Sequence record: MW248466.1
Length of the DNA: 64,000 bases
Direction: 5' to 3' (one strand)
Shown here: piece after piece, positions 1 to 9,847 of the stretch
Position numbering within the stretch: the stretch's first letter is position 1
How the letters are laid out: the number at the start of each line of letters is the position of its first letter
Program-made: the position numbers and the translations under genes
Notes under the pieces: model-generated
Told to the model about the DNA's origin: nothing
Database searches by the model: none
The model's input: the letters and a program-made list of their open reading frames with translations, nothing else

Positions 1-68
1 AATTTTTTGCAATAACTTAAATTTTTATATGGTTTTGAATTTTTAATTATAAGGAGAGTCAGATATCG

Positions 69-1691
69 TTGGGTAATTATTTAAGAAAAATTACGAAGAA
101 TATACAAGATGAGGTCAGTACGAAAGAGTCATTTAATGAAGATGTGATATACTTTAGGGAAAATGAAAACCTAGAAGATATTATATCTGATATTTACAAA
201 TCGGTAGAATTTATTAAGGGCGTAAAATTTATTGATTGTAAGGTTGTTCCTCCAAATGAAGTATATGAGTACAATCAAATGACAGACAAACAATTTAAAG
301 CAAGAGATTTTAGAAAAATCAACGTAGAAGAATCAAAACTATTAGAAGTTCAAATTACTGTAGAATTTGAATCAGCTGAAGGGGAAAAAGAAATATATAC
401 GCATAAATTAGATTTCCCTGAACTTATAGAAGGTCAATACTATTATATTAATGATAATAAGTTCTTCCCTATATTACAATTAGCTGATACTGAATTCTAT
501 AAGCCTAAAGCAAGTACAGTAGTAATGAAAAACTTATTACAACCATTATCAGTAAACGGTTCTAAAAAAGATGAACTTATTGATGATGATAAGAAAATGC
601 CTAAGAAGTTAAGAGGTAGAACATTATATTTAGAAGTATTTAATAAAAATAAACCTGTTCCAGCATTCTTATTCTTTATTGCTAAAATGGGTCTAGATGA
701 AACATTTGAATTCTTAGAAATTAAAAAATATTGTGAATTAGTAGATACCAACGATGAAAAAGATGATAAACACTACTATTTTAGAATCAATAATAAAATA
801 ACTATTCAAGTTGATAAAGAATGGTTAGATCAAGACGATAGATATAGAACTTCTATGGTTTTATGTATTAAAGATTTATTTAAAGGTATGAGAGCAGGAT
901 TAGATAAAATATATGACAAAGAATTCTGGCTTAAGAATTTAGGATCTGTATTTAGTGGGTCTACTAATGTTGATACTAAAATTGAAAAAGCTAATTCTAT
1001 GATTCTATCATTTGATCGTATATTAGATAATCGTACTAAAAATATTTCTAGATTAGAACCAGAAGATAAAGAATCAACTTATCATGTAGTTAAATACATG
1101 TTTAAAAACTTTGATAATCTTAATCTATTAGATAATACAGATTTAGCTAATAAACGTTTAAGAGTATTAGAATACTTAACTTATCCACTGAATAGAAAGA
1201 ACTCTGACACATCTTATCGTATGATTAATTTCACAGATAAGAAACGTACAATTAAAAATCTTAAAGGATTATTCTCAGGTGTACCTCGTGATTTCTTATT
1301 AAAAACTATAGGAACATCTGAAGGAATTAGATATTCCAATGCAGTTAATACAATTGACTTATTTACTAGAATTCTTAAAATGACTAAAGCAGGTCCACAA
1401 ACTGCTGTTGATACTAGTAAACCATCTATTAGAACTATTAATATCAATAATACTTATTTCGGTAGAATTGATTTAATAGCAACATCTTCAAACAATCCAG
1501 GTATTACACGTACATTAACACCATTCTGTGAGGTTAAAGATCCTGGTGAGAATGGTTCATTCTATTTTGAAAATAAACCTAACATCAGAGAAAATATTGA
1601 TACAGATAATTTAGATAAACTAGAAAAAGAATCTGAAGATAATGAAGTAATTTTAGATATTAAAGAAATTGTAGAAGAGGATGACGAATAA
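69..1691 (+). CDS. rpoB: Phage multisubunit RNA polymerase, beta-like subunit (N-terminal part)
   Basis: Motifs resembling RpoB: IEGQYYYINDNKFFPILQL (cf. GTFIINGTERVIVSQL), LANKRLRVLEYL (cf. LGNRRVRSVGE), YFGRIDLIATSSNNPG (cf. HYGRVCPIETPEGPNIG). Adjacent to a beta'-like gene. Confidence 0.85.
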   Translation: MGNYLRKITKNIQDEVSTKESFNEDVIYFRENENLEDIISDIYKSVEFIKGVKFIDCKVVPPNEVYEYNQMTDKQFKARDFRKINVEESKLLEVQITVEFESAEGEKEIYTHKLDFPELIEGQYYYINDNKFFPILQLADTEFYKPKASTVVMKNLLQPLSVNGSKKDELIDDDKKMPKKLRGRTLYLEVFNKNKPVPAFLFFIAKMGLDETFEFLEIKKYCELVDTNDEKDDKHYYFRINNKITIQVDKEWLDQDDRYRTSMVLCIKDLFKGMRAGLDKIYDKEFWLKNLGSVFSGSTNVDTKIEKANSMILSFDRILDNRTKNISRLEPEDKESTYHVVKYMFKNFDNLNLLDNTDLANKRLRVLEYLTYPLNRKNSDTSYRMINFTDKKRTIKNLKGLFSGVPRDFLLKTIGTSEGIRYSNAVNTIDLFTRILKMTKAGPQTAVDTSKPSIRTININNTYFGRIDLIATSSNNPGITRTLTPFCEVKDPGENGSFYFENKPNIRENIDTDNLDKLEKESEDNEVILDIKEIVEEDDE

Positions 1692-3001
1692 TGGCTAGAT
1701 TTTTACTTAAGAATAAAGACTTATCAAAATTACCAGTAGTAACTAATCATGAATCAATTGATAAGAAAGGTGATTTCACTGAAGACGGTATCTTCAGTGA
1801 GAAAATCTTTGGACCTGATTCAGATGTAGATAATATTACAAATGAAGCTATAGTTTATTTAGGCAATAACTATATTATTACACCTTTAGGATATGACAGA
1901 ATTAAAAAATTAATAGGTAGAAAAAGATTTGCTGAGATTATTAGTTCTGAAAAACCTATTGATGAAAACGGTAATGTAATTGAACCAGAAGATGACCATA
2001 ATTCATATATTGGATTAGTTGAATTTAAAAAGAACTTCTTAAAAATTCTTAAAGAAGAAGTTAAACGTGAGAAACGTAAAACTAAAGATTACAATAGAGT
2101 TGTTCAATGGTATTTAAATGGAACATTATTCCAAAATTATGTAACTGTATTTAGTCCTAAATTGAGACCAGCTACAGTTAATAAAGCTACTAAGACATTT
2201 AGACATTCAGAGATTAACAAAGAATTTAACTTGTTAATTGCTCATAGTAATAGTCTTAAAGAATTAGATGAACATTATACAGATGATTCAGTTGAACTAC
2301 AGAAATTAAACTTACTTAATAAAATTCAAGATGATAATATGAATATTTATGATCGTATTATTAATGAAAATATTAAAGGTAAAATGGGTACTATTCGTAA
2401 ATTAATTATGGGTAGTCGTGTAGGATATTCAGCTCGTTCAGTAATTGTTCCAGCTCCTGATTTAAAATTAAATGAAATTAGAATGAATTATACAATCTTC
2501 TTAGAAATATACAAACCACTATTAGCTAATTTAATGTATGTAACGGAAAATATTCCATTGCCTAAAGCAGAAGAAATATTAGGTAAAGCTTTAGATAACT
2601 TTAATCCTAAAGTATATAAATACATGAAAGAATTAGTTAACAAAACTGAAGGTGGTATGAGAGTAATTCTGAACAGGAATCCAAGTATCTCAGAGTCATC
2701 AGTTCAAATATTAAAAATTAAAGATATTATTAGTGATATTGATTCAGCTGTAGTAGGTATTAGTAATAATATACTTGCAGGAATGGGAGCAGACTATGAT
2801 GGCGACACATTGAATATTATAGCTCTCTTCTCAGAAGAGCAATATGATATGTTAAAAGTACAAGATCCAGTCAATCAATTAATATCATATAATGATGGTT
2901 TATTTAATAGAACTTATTCACTTAATAAAGACTCACAGATTGCAGTTTATTTATTAAATAATCCTAAATCAAAAGATGTAAGTATAAAAGCTAGTAAATA
3001 G
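1691..3001 (+). CDS. rpoC: Phage RNA polymerase beta'-like subunit (N-terminal/catalytic part)
   Basis: DGIFSEKIFGP, GKMGTIRKLIMGSRVGYSARSVIVP, ILNRNPSI and catalytic GADYDGD (2786-2806) match RpoC conserved regions. Confidence 0.93.
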   Translation: MARFLLKNKDLSKLPVVTNHESIDKKGDFTEDGIFSEKIFGPDSDVDNITNEAIVYLGNNYIITPLGYDRIKKLIGRKRFAEIISSEKPIDENGNVIEPEDDHNSYIGLVEFKKNFLKILKEEVKREKRKTKDYNRVVQWYLNGTLFQNYVTVFSPKLRPATVNKATKTFRHSEINKEFNLLIAHSNSLKELDEHYTDDSVELQKLNLLNKIQDDNMNIYDRIINENIKGKMGTIRKLIMGSRVGYSARSVIVPAPDLKLNEIRMNYTIFLEIYKPLLANLMYVTENIPLPKAEEILGKALDNFNPKVYKYMKELVNKTEGGMRVILNRNPSISESSVQILKIKDIISDIDSAVVGISNNILAGMGADYDGDTLNIIALFSEEQYDMLKVQDPVNQLISYNDGLFNRTYSLNKDSQIAVYLLNNPKSKDVSIKASK

Positions 3002-3008
3002 ATTTTTT

Positions 3009-3038
3009 AGAATAACGGTCTTATTAGATCGTTATTCT
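3009..3038 (+). terminator. Intrinsic terminator-like hairpin after the RNAP genes
   Basis: agaataacggtct/agatcgttattct inverted repeat just after the stop codon. Confidence 0.65.
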
Positions 3039-3054
3039 TATTATATAAATATGA

Positions 3055-3708
3055 TTGGAGACATTGACCATGAATAAAAGACAAGAAAAGAAATTAGAGA
3101 AGAAAAAATTAGAAGAACAAAGTAACGAAGAAATTATAGTTTTACCAAAATTAAAAGAAGAAAAGGATGAAGTTAAAATGAATAAAGAAGTCAAAGTTAA
3201 AAGAGAAGGGTCTTACAAGAAATTAACTAAGGAACAAGTACATTACATTGCAGAATTAATTGATAAAGGACACGGAAATAATTATATTTTAAAAGAACTT
3301 AAATCTAAGTTTGGTATTGATCGTAAATCACATTCAATTACACATATCAGACGTGGTGAACATCCTACATTTAAAGCACTTACAGATGATAATTATTACT
3401 TTGCTGAAGTAGGATATCCTACATTTAATGAATACAAAAAGATTTTACGTGGAGAAGTTAAACCTAAAAGTAAAACACGTGTAAAAGCTGAAGAAACGGT
3501 TAATAAAGTAAAAGAGTCACCAGTGGCAGAAAAAGTATCTAGTGTTACAGAAGAGAAAGTAGAACAAGTAAAAGAAAGAATGAGTAATATTCAAAAAGAT
3601 AAAGAAACTGGTAAAGAATATCGTGATGCAGATAGTATTCACAAAGCTGGTAAAACTCAAGAAACTATTTTTGATAAGATTTTCAAACGTATTTTAAATA
3701 TTTTATAA
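3055..3708 (+). CDS. Putative HTH DNA-binding protein
   Basis: KKLTKEQVHYIAELIDKG...KFGIDRKSHSITHIRRGE resembles phage HTH modules; charged low-complexity flanks. Confidence 0.5.
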   Translation: METLTMNKRQEKKLEKKKLEEQSNEEIIVLPKLKEEKDEVKMNKEVKVKREGSYKKLTKEQVHYIAELIDKGHGNNYILKELKSKFGIDRKSHSITHIRRGEHPTFKALTDDNYYFAEVGYPTFNEYKKILRGEVKPKSKTRVKAEETVNKVKESPVAEKVSSVTEEKVEQVKERMSNIQKDKETGKEYRDADSIHKAGKTQETIFDKIFKRILNIL

Positions 3709-3726
3709 TAGAAAAGATGATAAGAA

Positions 3727-4779
3727 ATGTCCAAATACGATTTAACTTTATATCATCATTTAAAACAAGAAGTAAAACCATGTAGATTAACAACTTCGCA
3801 GGATGAGACAATGATACGTTGTCCTTTCTGTGGAGATTCTAAAAAGTCTAAAAGTTCAACACATTTATATATACAAAATAGAACTCCATTTAAATATTTC
3901 TGCCAAAGATGTAATGCTTCTGGAGTTATGAGTAATAAAGTTTTAGCTATGTTAAATAGTGGTAATGTAGAAATAAATAGTTATATTAACAATCAATATA
4001 ATGAATATATTTCTAATATGAATAAAAAATATGGTAAATCTTTTATCAATAGAAATACAAAAGAATTAAAATACTACCCAAATAAATATACTGATTTAGA
4101 AATAAGCAAGATTAATTATATTAATGAAAGATTGGGTATTAACATAGATGAGAAGGATATTGAATTATATAAGATTATTTTGAATATAGAAGATTTTTAT
4201 AAGAATAATGAATTTGATATAGATAATCAATATCAGATAAATAATCTTAATAATAACTATTTTAGTTATATGTTGAATGATAAAAATACTATTAATTGTA
4301 GATTAATGAATAGTGATACATTTGGGGCTAATGGGAAGAAACACTTTAAACAAAAAATATTTAAGAATTTAGCTGATGAAAGTACTAGATTTTATTCAAT
4401 TAAAAATGAATTAAGATTGGATAGAAGAGTGTATAACATTCATATAGCTGAAGGATTCTTTGATATATTGGGAATATTTAATCATGTGTATAATAAAGAA
4501 ATAAATGACAATGATATATTTATAGCTAATAACGGAAAAGGTTATAAATTTGTATTAAACTATCTAAATAGTTTAGGTATACTTAATATGAATATAAACA
4601 TTTATTCTGATAGAGATGTTAAAATTACTGATTATCGCAGTAAGAGAATGCTCGGTAATTCGCTACCAGTAATTTTAAATGATGCTAATATATATTATAA
4701 TGAGTTTGAAAATGAAAAAGATTTTGGGGTAACAAAAGATAAAATAAAATTATCAGAACCAATTAAGTTTAATCAATAA
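3727..4779 (+). CDS. DNA primase (zinc finger plus TOPRIM, T4 gp61/DnaG-like)
   Basis: CPFCGD...CQRC zinc finger, IAEGFFD TOPRIM glutamate motif, SDRD DxD motif, KDFG near the C-terminus. Confidence 0.85.
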   Translation: MSKYDLTLYHHLKQEVKPCRLTTSQDETMIRCPFCGDSKKSKSSTHLYIQNRTPFKYFCQRCNASGVMSNKVLAMLNSGNVEINSYINNQYNEYISNMNKKYGKSFINRNTKELKYYPNKYTDLEISKINYINERLGINIDEKDIELYKIILNIEDFYKNNEFDIDNQYQINNLNNNYFSYMLNDKNTINCRLMNSDTFGANGKKHFKQKIFKNLADESTRFYSIKNELRLDRRVYNIHIAEGFFDILGIFNHVYNKEINDNDIFIANNGKGYKFVLNYLNSLGILNMNINIYSDRDVKITDYRSKRMLGNSLPVILNDANIYYNEFENEKDFGVTKDKIKLSEPIKFNQ

Positions 4780-4786
4780 ATAAATT

Positions 4787-4804
4787 TATATTATAAAAGT
4801 GAGG
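4787..4804 (+). promoter_or_regulatory. Putative phage early promoter (TATATTATA-N4-TGA)
   Basis: One of 8 intergenic + strand copies; followed by hairpin 4801-4829. Confidence 0.55.
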
Positions 4805-4856
4805 TAATGGATATTATATTCATTACCTCTAATATTATTTACACTAGGAGAGTGAA

Positions 4857-5363
4857 TTGGATATGACAAAAGAAATTTTTAGCTTAGAAGATATTTTTAA
4901 AGATTTAACAGATTTTCACACGGAAAGTAGATTAGAGGAATTTAGTCACAAGAATATTTTAACAACTTTATTGGAAAACGCAGATAGTAAAAATAATTTA
5001 GAAAAAATATTAATGCTGTTATCTATAAATATTAATTCATCTTTAAGAAATTTAAAATCTATTGAAGATGAAATGATAGATGCTTTTAGCAAAAATGTAG
5101 ATATTAAGAAAGATAAAGATAATATTGATTATCTATTAAAAAATCTTAAAGATGTTAAAGATAATTCAACTATGGAAGATTTTAAAGAATCTTTAATTTT
5201 AGAAATATCTTTAGATCAAATTATTGATCAAATTAATGAAGATGATTTTTATAATGAAGAAGTGAAAGATTTATATCTTAAATTCTATAATAATCTTTCT
5301 ATTTTAATTATATCTTTCAAACTATTAAAATTCTATAACGGATTTAATAATGTAGTATCTTAA
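4857..5363 (+). CDS. Hypothetical protein
   Basis: ORF with AGGAG RBS; no recognisable motif. Confidence 0.7.
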   Translation: MDMTKEIFSLEDIFKDLTDFHTESRLEEFSHKNILTTLLENADSKNNLEKILMLLSININSSLRNLKSIEDEMIDAFSKNVDIKKDKDNIDYLLKNLKDVKDNSTMEDFKESLILEISLDQIIDQINEDDFYNEEVKDLYLKFYNNLSILIISFKLLKFYNGFNNVVS

Positions 5364-5384
5364 TTAAATTTAATAATAAGGAGA

Positions 5385-6014
5385 ATGATTAGAATGAGAG
5401 ATAAATTTTTATTATTTGAAAATGATGATAATAGCATATATATGCTATTATCAAATTTTAAATTCAATAAAGAAATTAAAATAGATTATACACATGATAT
5501 AAAGAATATCGATGATGTTCCTAAGTATTTTAATAAAGGAGTAAAGAGATTTAAAATGAGATATGACTTCCACTCAGGTCATATTATTAGACAAGATGAA
5601 TTTTACAACTATATGGATAATTTAGATTCTGATTTTAAAAATTCAAATGCCAAAGCTTTAGAGAAAATAACTTTCTCTAATCTTATTAGTGATGATAAAA
5701 TCAATATAATATATACAGGTAAAAAAGACGATAATAATAAAATTGTAAAAACTAATATTTACTTTATTGTCCCTGTTAGTATTGTTTCTGAGAAGTTAAA
5801 TTCAAATCTAATATCTTTAGATATTACAGCTATGAATAAAAGATTAAATGATGTTTATAAATCTGAAACAACTAATCAGAAATTATTAGGAATAAAACCT
5901 AGTGTTACAAATATCAATATTATTGATAGACAAAATAAAATTATTAATGAATACTTCAGAGATATAGGAGTAGATTATAACTTTATTAATGATTTTAGTA
6001 AATCAGAAGAATAA
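5385..6014 (+). CDS. Hypothetical protein
   Basis: ORF with AAGGAG RBS. Confidence 0.75.
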   Translation: MIRMRDKFLLFENDDNSIYMLLSNFKFNKEIKIDYTHDIKNIDDVPKYFNKGVKRFKMRYDFHSGHIIRQDEFYNYMDNLDSDFKNSNAKALEKITFSNLISDDKINIIYTGKKDDNNKIVKTNIYFIVPVSIVSEKLNSNLISLDITAMNKRLNDVYKSETTNQKLLGIKPSVTNINIIDRQNKIINEYFRDIGVDYNFINDFSKSEE

Positions 6015-6028
6015 AGGAGACTATATTT

Positions 6029-6760
6029 ATGATTGAAGAAGCTTTTAAATTAAATTTCATAAGTCTAATATTAAATATACCTTACTTTTTAATATCAGTC
6101 TACTTATTTTATTATTTTTATACTTATAAGAAAATTAAAAATAATAAAGAGGATATATACGATGTAGCACCAATAGCTTTTACAAGTTATTTGAGTATAA
6201 TAATTATAATTATACTCAAATTATCTACTAATAGTTTATCTGAGTATGGTAATTTGATATACCATCCTTTTAAAATATTCACTCTAGTTATAGTAGGTTT
6301 AATAATGTATGTTGTACTAGATGCTTCATTATTTATATTTGATAAGATGAAAAGCTCATTAAAGATATTCATTGTATTGAATATATTCTTAATTGCATTA
6401 TTAATATCTGATTCATTATTATTTAATATGATTATTATGATAGTCATATCAATTCTATTAATATTAACTTCATTATTCTTCACAGTTGATAATTTAGATA
6501 GTAAAGATAAATATGTAAAAATAACCTTTTCAACATTCTTTACTTTATTCCCTCTATTTTTATCACTGTTAATTATAAATATGGATGTAATCAAATTTAA
6601 CTTAATAGATGTTAGTACTAATAATAAAATTGATAATATGCATTTAATTATAATTGTACAAATAATTTTACTAGTATGGAATTTAGTAGTAATGATATTC
6701 AAAATATTTAATATCAACATATACACTGTTATATCAGAAATATTTAAAAGAAATAAATGA
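6029..6760 (+). CDS. Multi-pass membrane protein
   Basis: About 7 hydrophobic segments; AAGGAG RBS. Confidence 0.7.
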   Translation: MIEEAFKLNFISLILNIPYFLISVYLFYYFYTYKKIKNNKEDIYDVAPIAFTSYLSIIIIIILKLSTNSLSEYGNLIYHPFKIFTLVIVGLIMYVVLDASLFIFDKMKSSLKIFIVLNIFLIALLISDSLLFNMIIMIVISILLILTSLFFTVDNLDSKDKYVKITFSTFFTLFPLFLSLLIINMDVIKFNLIDVSTNNKIDNMHLIIIVQIILLVWNLVVMIFKIFNINIYTVISEIFKRNK

Positions 6761-6802
6761 ATATTAGGATAATGATCAAATTAATGGTCATTATCCTAAT
6801 AT
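6761..6802 (+). terminator. Terminator hairpin
   Basis: atattaggataatgatca/tggtcattatcctaatat stem followed by a T tract. Confidence 0.7.
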
Positions 6803-6839
6803 CATCTTCTTTTTTTTGTAACTACTATTATTTTAGATA

Positions 6840-6857
6840 TATATTATAATTATGAAG
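6840..6857 (+). promoter_or_regulatory. Putative early promoter
   Basis: TATATTATAATTATGAAG with GTAAC ending 17 nt upstream (6822). Confidence 0.6.
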
Positions 6858-6871
6858 GGAGGAATATAGTA

Positions 6872-7117
6872 ATGGTATTTAATATTTTAATAGCATTAGC
6901 ATATGAGGCACTTATTTCTTTAGGATTAGGAGTTTCAGCTTTTTATATATCTTTATTTTTATTAAGATATGTAAAAAATAATATTATCAAGAAAGAAATT
7001 AAGAATGAAAATAGGAAGTTATTGTATCTTTCATTATTAATAGTTATAATATTTATGTCAATAAAATCATACGTTGATATAAAATTAAGTATTATAGAAC
7101 AAATATTAAAAATGTAG
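6872..7117 (+). CDS. Small membrane protein
   Basis: Two hydrophobic segments; GGAGG RBS. Confidence 0.7.
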   Translation: MVFNILIALAYEALISLGLGVSAFYISLFLLRYVKNNIIKKEIKNENRKLLYLSLLIVIIFMSIKSYVDIKLSIIEQILKM

Positions 7118-7163
7118 AAAAGCGTAACATAAGACATTTTTAATATATATTATAATAATGAAG
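7118..7163 (+). promoter_or_regulatory. Bipartite early promoter AAAAGCGTAAC-N17-TATATTATAATAATGAAG
   Basis: Same two boxes and 17-nt spacing at 7118, 8151 and 9500; each followed by a stem-loop and an RBS. Confidence 0.7.
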
Positions 7164-7211
7164 ATATAATAATATCAATTATATCTTTAATAAAATAAAG
7201 GAGAAATTAAA

Positions 7212-7490
7212 ATGACTGAATTTGAAAATGAAACTAAAGTATCAAAAGAGGAGAAGAAGATTAAAAGATTTATTGATCAAGGTATTGATAATTTGTCTGA
7301 TACCGTAGGAGAAAGTATTGAAGGTATTCCGTTATCTTTAACTGATTATTTTCCTAAAATAAAGAAATTAATTATTAAATTAATTGATCGAGAAGAAAGT
7401 GATGAAATTAAAATGACAAACGAATCAGGTGAAATATTTAAATTTAATAGAACTTCACATGATATTTATTTAACAGCAATTAAATTTTAA
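7212..7490 (+). CDS. Hypothetical protein
   Basis: ORF with AAGGAG RBS downstream of the promoter. Confidence 0.75.
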   Translation: MTEFENETKVSKEEKKIKRFIDQGIDNLSDTVGESIEGIPLSLTDYFPKIKKLIIKLIDREESDEIKMTNESGEIFKFNRTSHDIYLTAIKF

Positions 7491-7496
7491 TGAAAA

Positions 7497-7509
7497 TTTT
7501 CTATGATCC
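7497..7509 (+). repeat. TTTTCTATGATCC motif, copy 1
   Basis: Exact 13-mer, intergenic; six copies between 7497 and 11778. Confidence 0.85.
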
Positions 7510-7527
7510 AACAATAAAATTAAAGGT

Positions 7528-8160
7528 GTGGTATGTATGATTAAAGTCAATGAACTATTAACACAAATTAAAGAAATAAAAACGAATGACAGTTATACGA
7601 AATTAATAAACGAGTACAAAGATATGGTTAATAATGGTAGTATATCTTATAAACCATTAAAAGATTATTATAATTTCATTATATATTATTTAGAAAAATC
7701 CAGATATCAAGCATTGAAATCTAACAACTTTAATGAATCTAATTTAAATATCAAATTATTGATAGAAGATCTAATGACTTTAAACAATATTGTTAAATCT
7801 GATATTTTTGATACTAAAGAAGTAATCAGATCTACTGGTTTTAAATTAACAAATGGAAGTACATTTGATAGAGTTATCAAATACATTAAAGATAAACTGG
7901 ATGAATTAATTATAGAGTTACATTCAGATAATTATAAATATCAAAATATCTATTTTTATCTACCTGAACTAAATAATCTATTGCATAATACAATTCATAT
8001 AGAACGTGTTTTAGATAAAAATAAGAATAATGTAGATATTATTAATATAAATAAATATAATTTATTTGAAATGATGCCTTGTAATAATATTATAGACAAA
8101 GATGAATTTTATATTATGGTTAATCATTTATATTATTTAGGATCTTTAGAAAAAGCGTAA
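7528..8160 (+). CDS. Hypothetical protein
   Basis: ORF track; no motif recognised. Confidence 0.7.
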   Translation: MVCMIKVNELLTQIKEIKTNDSYTKLINEYKDMVNNGSISYKPLKDYYNFIIYYLEKSRYQALKSNNFNESNLNIKLLIEDLMTLNNIVKSDIFDTKEVIRSTGFKLTNGSTFDRVIKYIKDKLDELIIELHSDNYKYQNIYFYLPELNNLLHNTIHIERVLDKNKNNVDIININKYNLFEMMPCNNIIDKDEFYIMVNHLYYLGSLEKA

Positions 8161-8196
8161 CGTGTAATAAAATAAGTATATATTATAATAATGAAG
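8151..8196 (+). promoter_or_regulatory. Bipartite early promoter, copy 2
   Basis: AAAAGCGTAAC-N17-TATATTATAATAATGAAG. Confidence 0.7.
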
Positions 8197-8246
8197 ATAG
8201 ATAGAATATTATCTATCTTTAATAAAAATCAAATGGAGGAATTGAA

Positions 8247-8417
8247 ATGAAAAAGAATTTATTATTGAAAAGTGTAGTAGGATTTGGATTAGGTATTGTG
8301 TTAGGAGTTGTAAGTAACAAGATTGACGACATGATTATGCAAAAGGAAATGGAAAGACAAATTTTTAAAAGAGCTTCAGAAATGACTTTTGAACATCCGT
8401 TCGCTAACTTAAAGTAA
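8247..8417 (+). CDS. 56-aa membrane-anchored peptide (paralog of 9598-9765)
   Basis: Not in the ORF track. GGAGG RBS; MKKNLLLKSVVGFGLGIVLGVVSNKIDD...HPFANLK. Confidence 0.8.
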   Translation: MKKNLLLKSVVGFGLGIVLGVVSNKIDDMIMQKEMERQIFKRASEMTFEHPFANLK

Positions 8418-8444
8418 AGGAGGAAAGAGGATAATTGTTTTAAA

Positions 8445-8496
8445 AGACCTAATGAATATAGATCAATTTCATTAGGTCTATAATTTTCTATGATCC
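8445..8496 (+). repeat. Hairpin plus TTTTCTATGATCC element
   Basis: agacctaatgaa/ttcattaggtct stem, loop contains GATCA, motif at 8484-8496. Confidence 0.8.
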
Positions 8497-8520
8497 AACA
8501 ATAAAAAGGAGCTAAAATCA

Positions 8521-8832
8521 ATGAATAACAAAACTAAATTAGCAGAATTAAGAAAAGAATTAAGAATCGTATATTCTGATATACGATTAAGTAAAACAAG
8601 TACTATAGTGGAAAGACTCCACAAGAAAAAAGAAAGACTAATTAAAGAAATTAATGAACTAGTAGAAAGAGATCAAAATGTTTTTGATAGAGAAAAACAT
8701 ATAGCAAAAGTCAAAGATCAGAATAATGGTAATATTCACAAAGGATCAGATGAATTTTCTAAGGCAGGCAGACTTCATAGAAAATATCAAAAACATGATA
8801 AACACAGAATATTTAATAATTTAACACAATAA
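8521..8832 (+). CDS. Hypothetical coiled-coil protein (paralog of 10817-11137)
   Basis: GSDEFSKAGRLH versus GSNDYAKAGRLH. Confidence 0.75.
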   Translation: MNNKTKLAELRKELRIVYSDIRLSKTSTIVERLHKKKERLIKEINELVERDQNVFDREKHIAKVKDQNNGNIHKGSDEFSKAGRLHRKYQKHDKHRIFNNLTQ

Positions 8833-8847
8833 TAAAGGAGAATCATT

Positions 8848-9516
8848 ATGCTAAAAGTAAATAAAAATAATCTGAAGGAATCAAAATTAGATTTTACAGG
8901 AATTAAAGACTCTTATCAAAAAGGAATTGATTATATTGATTTTGTATATGTAGGAGAACAGAAGCACATCATTAAGGGTAATGAATTTGTTAAAATATTC
9001 ATGAACTCAGAAAGAGAAAAAGCCACTGAAAAGTATAATGGTAAATTAAGCAGATTGGATATTATTTCGGTTAATAACTCTTTAAAATTCTTAATGAAAA
9101 TTATGGAAAGTGAAATACTTAATCCTAGGAATATTGTAGAAGAGAATACTATTTCATTACTAAATAAAGAAGAATGGAAATTAACTTATAAACACATTAT
9201 AAGATTATGTAATGATATTATTCAACTTAATATTGAAGATCCAGATCAACAAAATAGCTTGTATTATTTTTCTATGATCCGAGAAAAATTAAAGAACAGA
9301 TATGATAAAACAGAGAAAATCAATAATATTAAGGATCTCAGAGAATTGATTGTCGAGTTATTTTATATGGATATTGATATTGAATATTTTGAAGATAAAA
9401 ATTATGTAACATGGGATAACTCATTAATAGAAGAATATTTTGGAAAAGATATCGACATTATTGTAGACCAATTGATTGTTAGTAAATCAGTTGAATTTGA
9501 AAAGCGTAACGTATAG
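8848..9516 (+). CDS. Hypothetical protein
   Basis: AAGGAG RBS; contains an internal TTTTCTATGATCC at 9268-9280. Confidence 0.75.
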   Translation: MLKVNKNNLKESKLDFTGIKDSYQKGIDYIDFVYVGEQKHIIKGNEFVKIFMNSEREKATEKYNGKLSRLDIISVNNSLKFLMKIMESEILNPRNIVEENTISLLNKEEWKLTYKHIIRLCNDIIQLNIEDPDQQNSLYYFSMIREKLKNRYDKTEKINNIKDLRELIVELFYMDIDIEYFEDKNYVTWDNSLIEEYFGKDIDIIVDQLIVSKSVEFEKRNV

Positions 9517-9545
9517 TAAAATAAGTATATATTATAATTATGAAG
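9500..9545 (+). promoter_or_regulatory. Bipartite early promoter, copy 3
   Basis: AAAAGCGTAAC-N17-TATATTATAATTATGAAG. Confidence 0.7.
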
Positions 9546-9597
9546 AAAGAGATTATCATTAACTCTTTCTAATAAAAATCATAGAGGAGAAATTAAA

Positions 9598-9765
9598 ATG
9601 AAAAAATTATTATTAAAAAGTGCAGTAGGATTTGGATTCGGAATTGTGTTAGGCGTAGTAAGTAATAAGATTGATGACTTAATCATGGAGAAAGAAATGG
9701 AAAGACAAATCTTCAAAAGAGCTTCAGAAATAACTATTCAACATCCATTTAGTAATTTAAAATAA
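9598..9765 (+). CDS. 55-aa membrane-anchored peptide (paralog of 8247-8417)
   Basis: Not in the ORF track. GAGGAG RBS; MKKLLLKSAVGFGFGIVLGVVSNKIDD...HPFSNLK. Confidence 0.8.
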   Translation: MKKLLLKSAVGFGFGIVLGVVSNKIDDLIMEKEMERQIFKRASEITIQHPFSNLK

Positions 9766-9791
9766 AGGAGGAAAGAGGATAATCGATTTAA

Positions 9792-9847
9792 AGACTTAAT
9801 GAATATAATGGATCAAGTTCATTAAGTCTATAATTTTCTATGATCCA
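9792..9847 (+). repeat. Hairpin plus TTTTCTATGATCC element
   Basis: agacttaatgaa/ttcattaagtct stem; loop TGGATCA is complementary to downstream TGATCCA. Confidence 0.8.

Noticed and set aside
497-1447. Antisense ORFs over the RNAP gene, and similar shadow ORFs across the window (for example 6187, 9924, 12437-12996, 24615, 31168, 33301-35907, 40135, 47775, 53946)
   Set aside because: They overlap well-supported genes, lack RBSs and reflect codon bias or low complexity.
8452-8475. Mini-ORFs in the three hairpins (MNIDQFH, MNIMDQVH, MDMDQVH) as leader peptides
   Set aside because: The frame is preserved, but ATG and stop are simply the complementary stem arms, DQ is imposed by the GATCAA pairing sequence, and the nearest SD is about 20 nt away.
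7146-9545. TATAAT boxes as host sigma-A promoters
   Set aside because: No TTGACA-like -35 at 17 bp; a different conserved upstream box is present instead.
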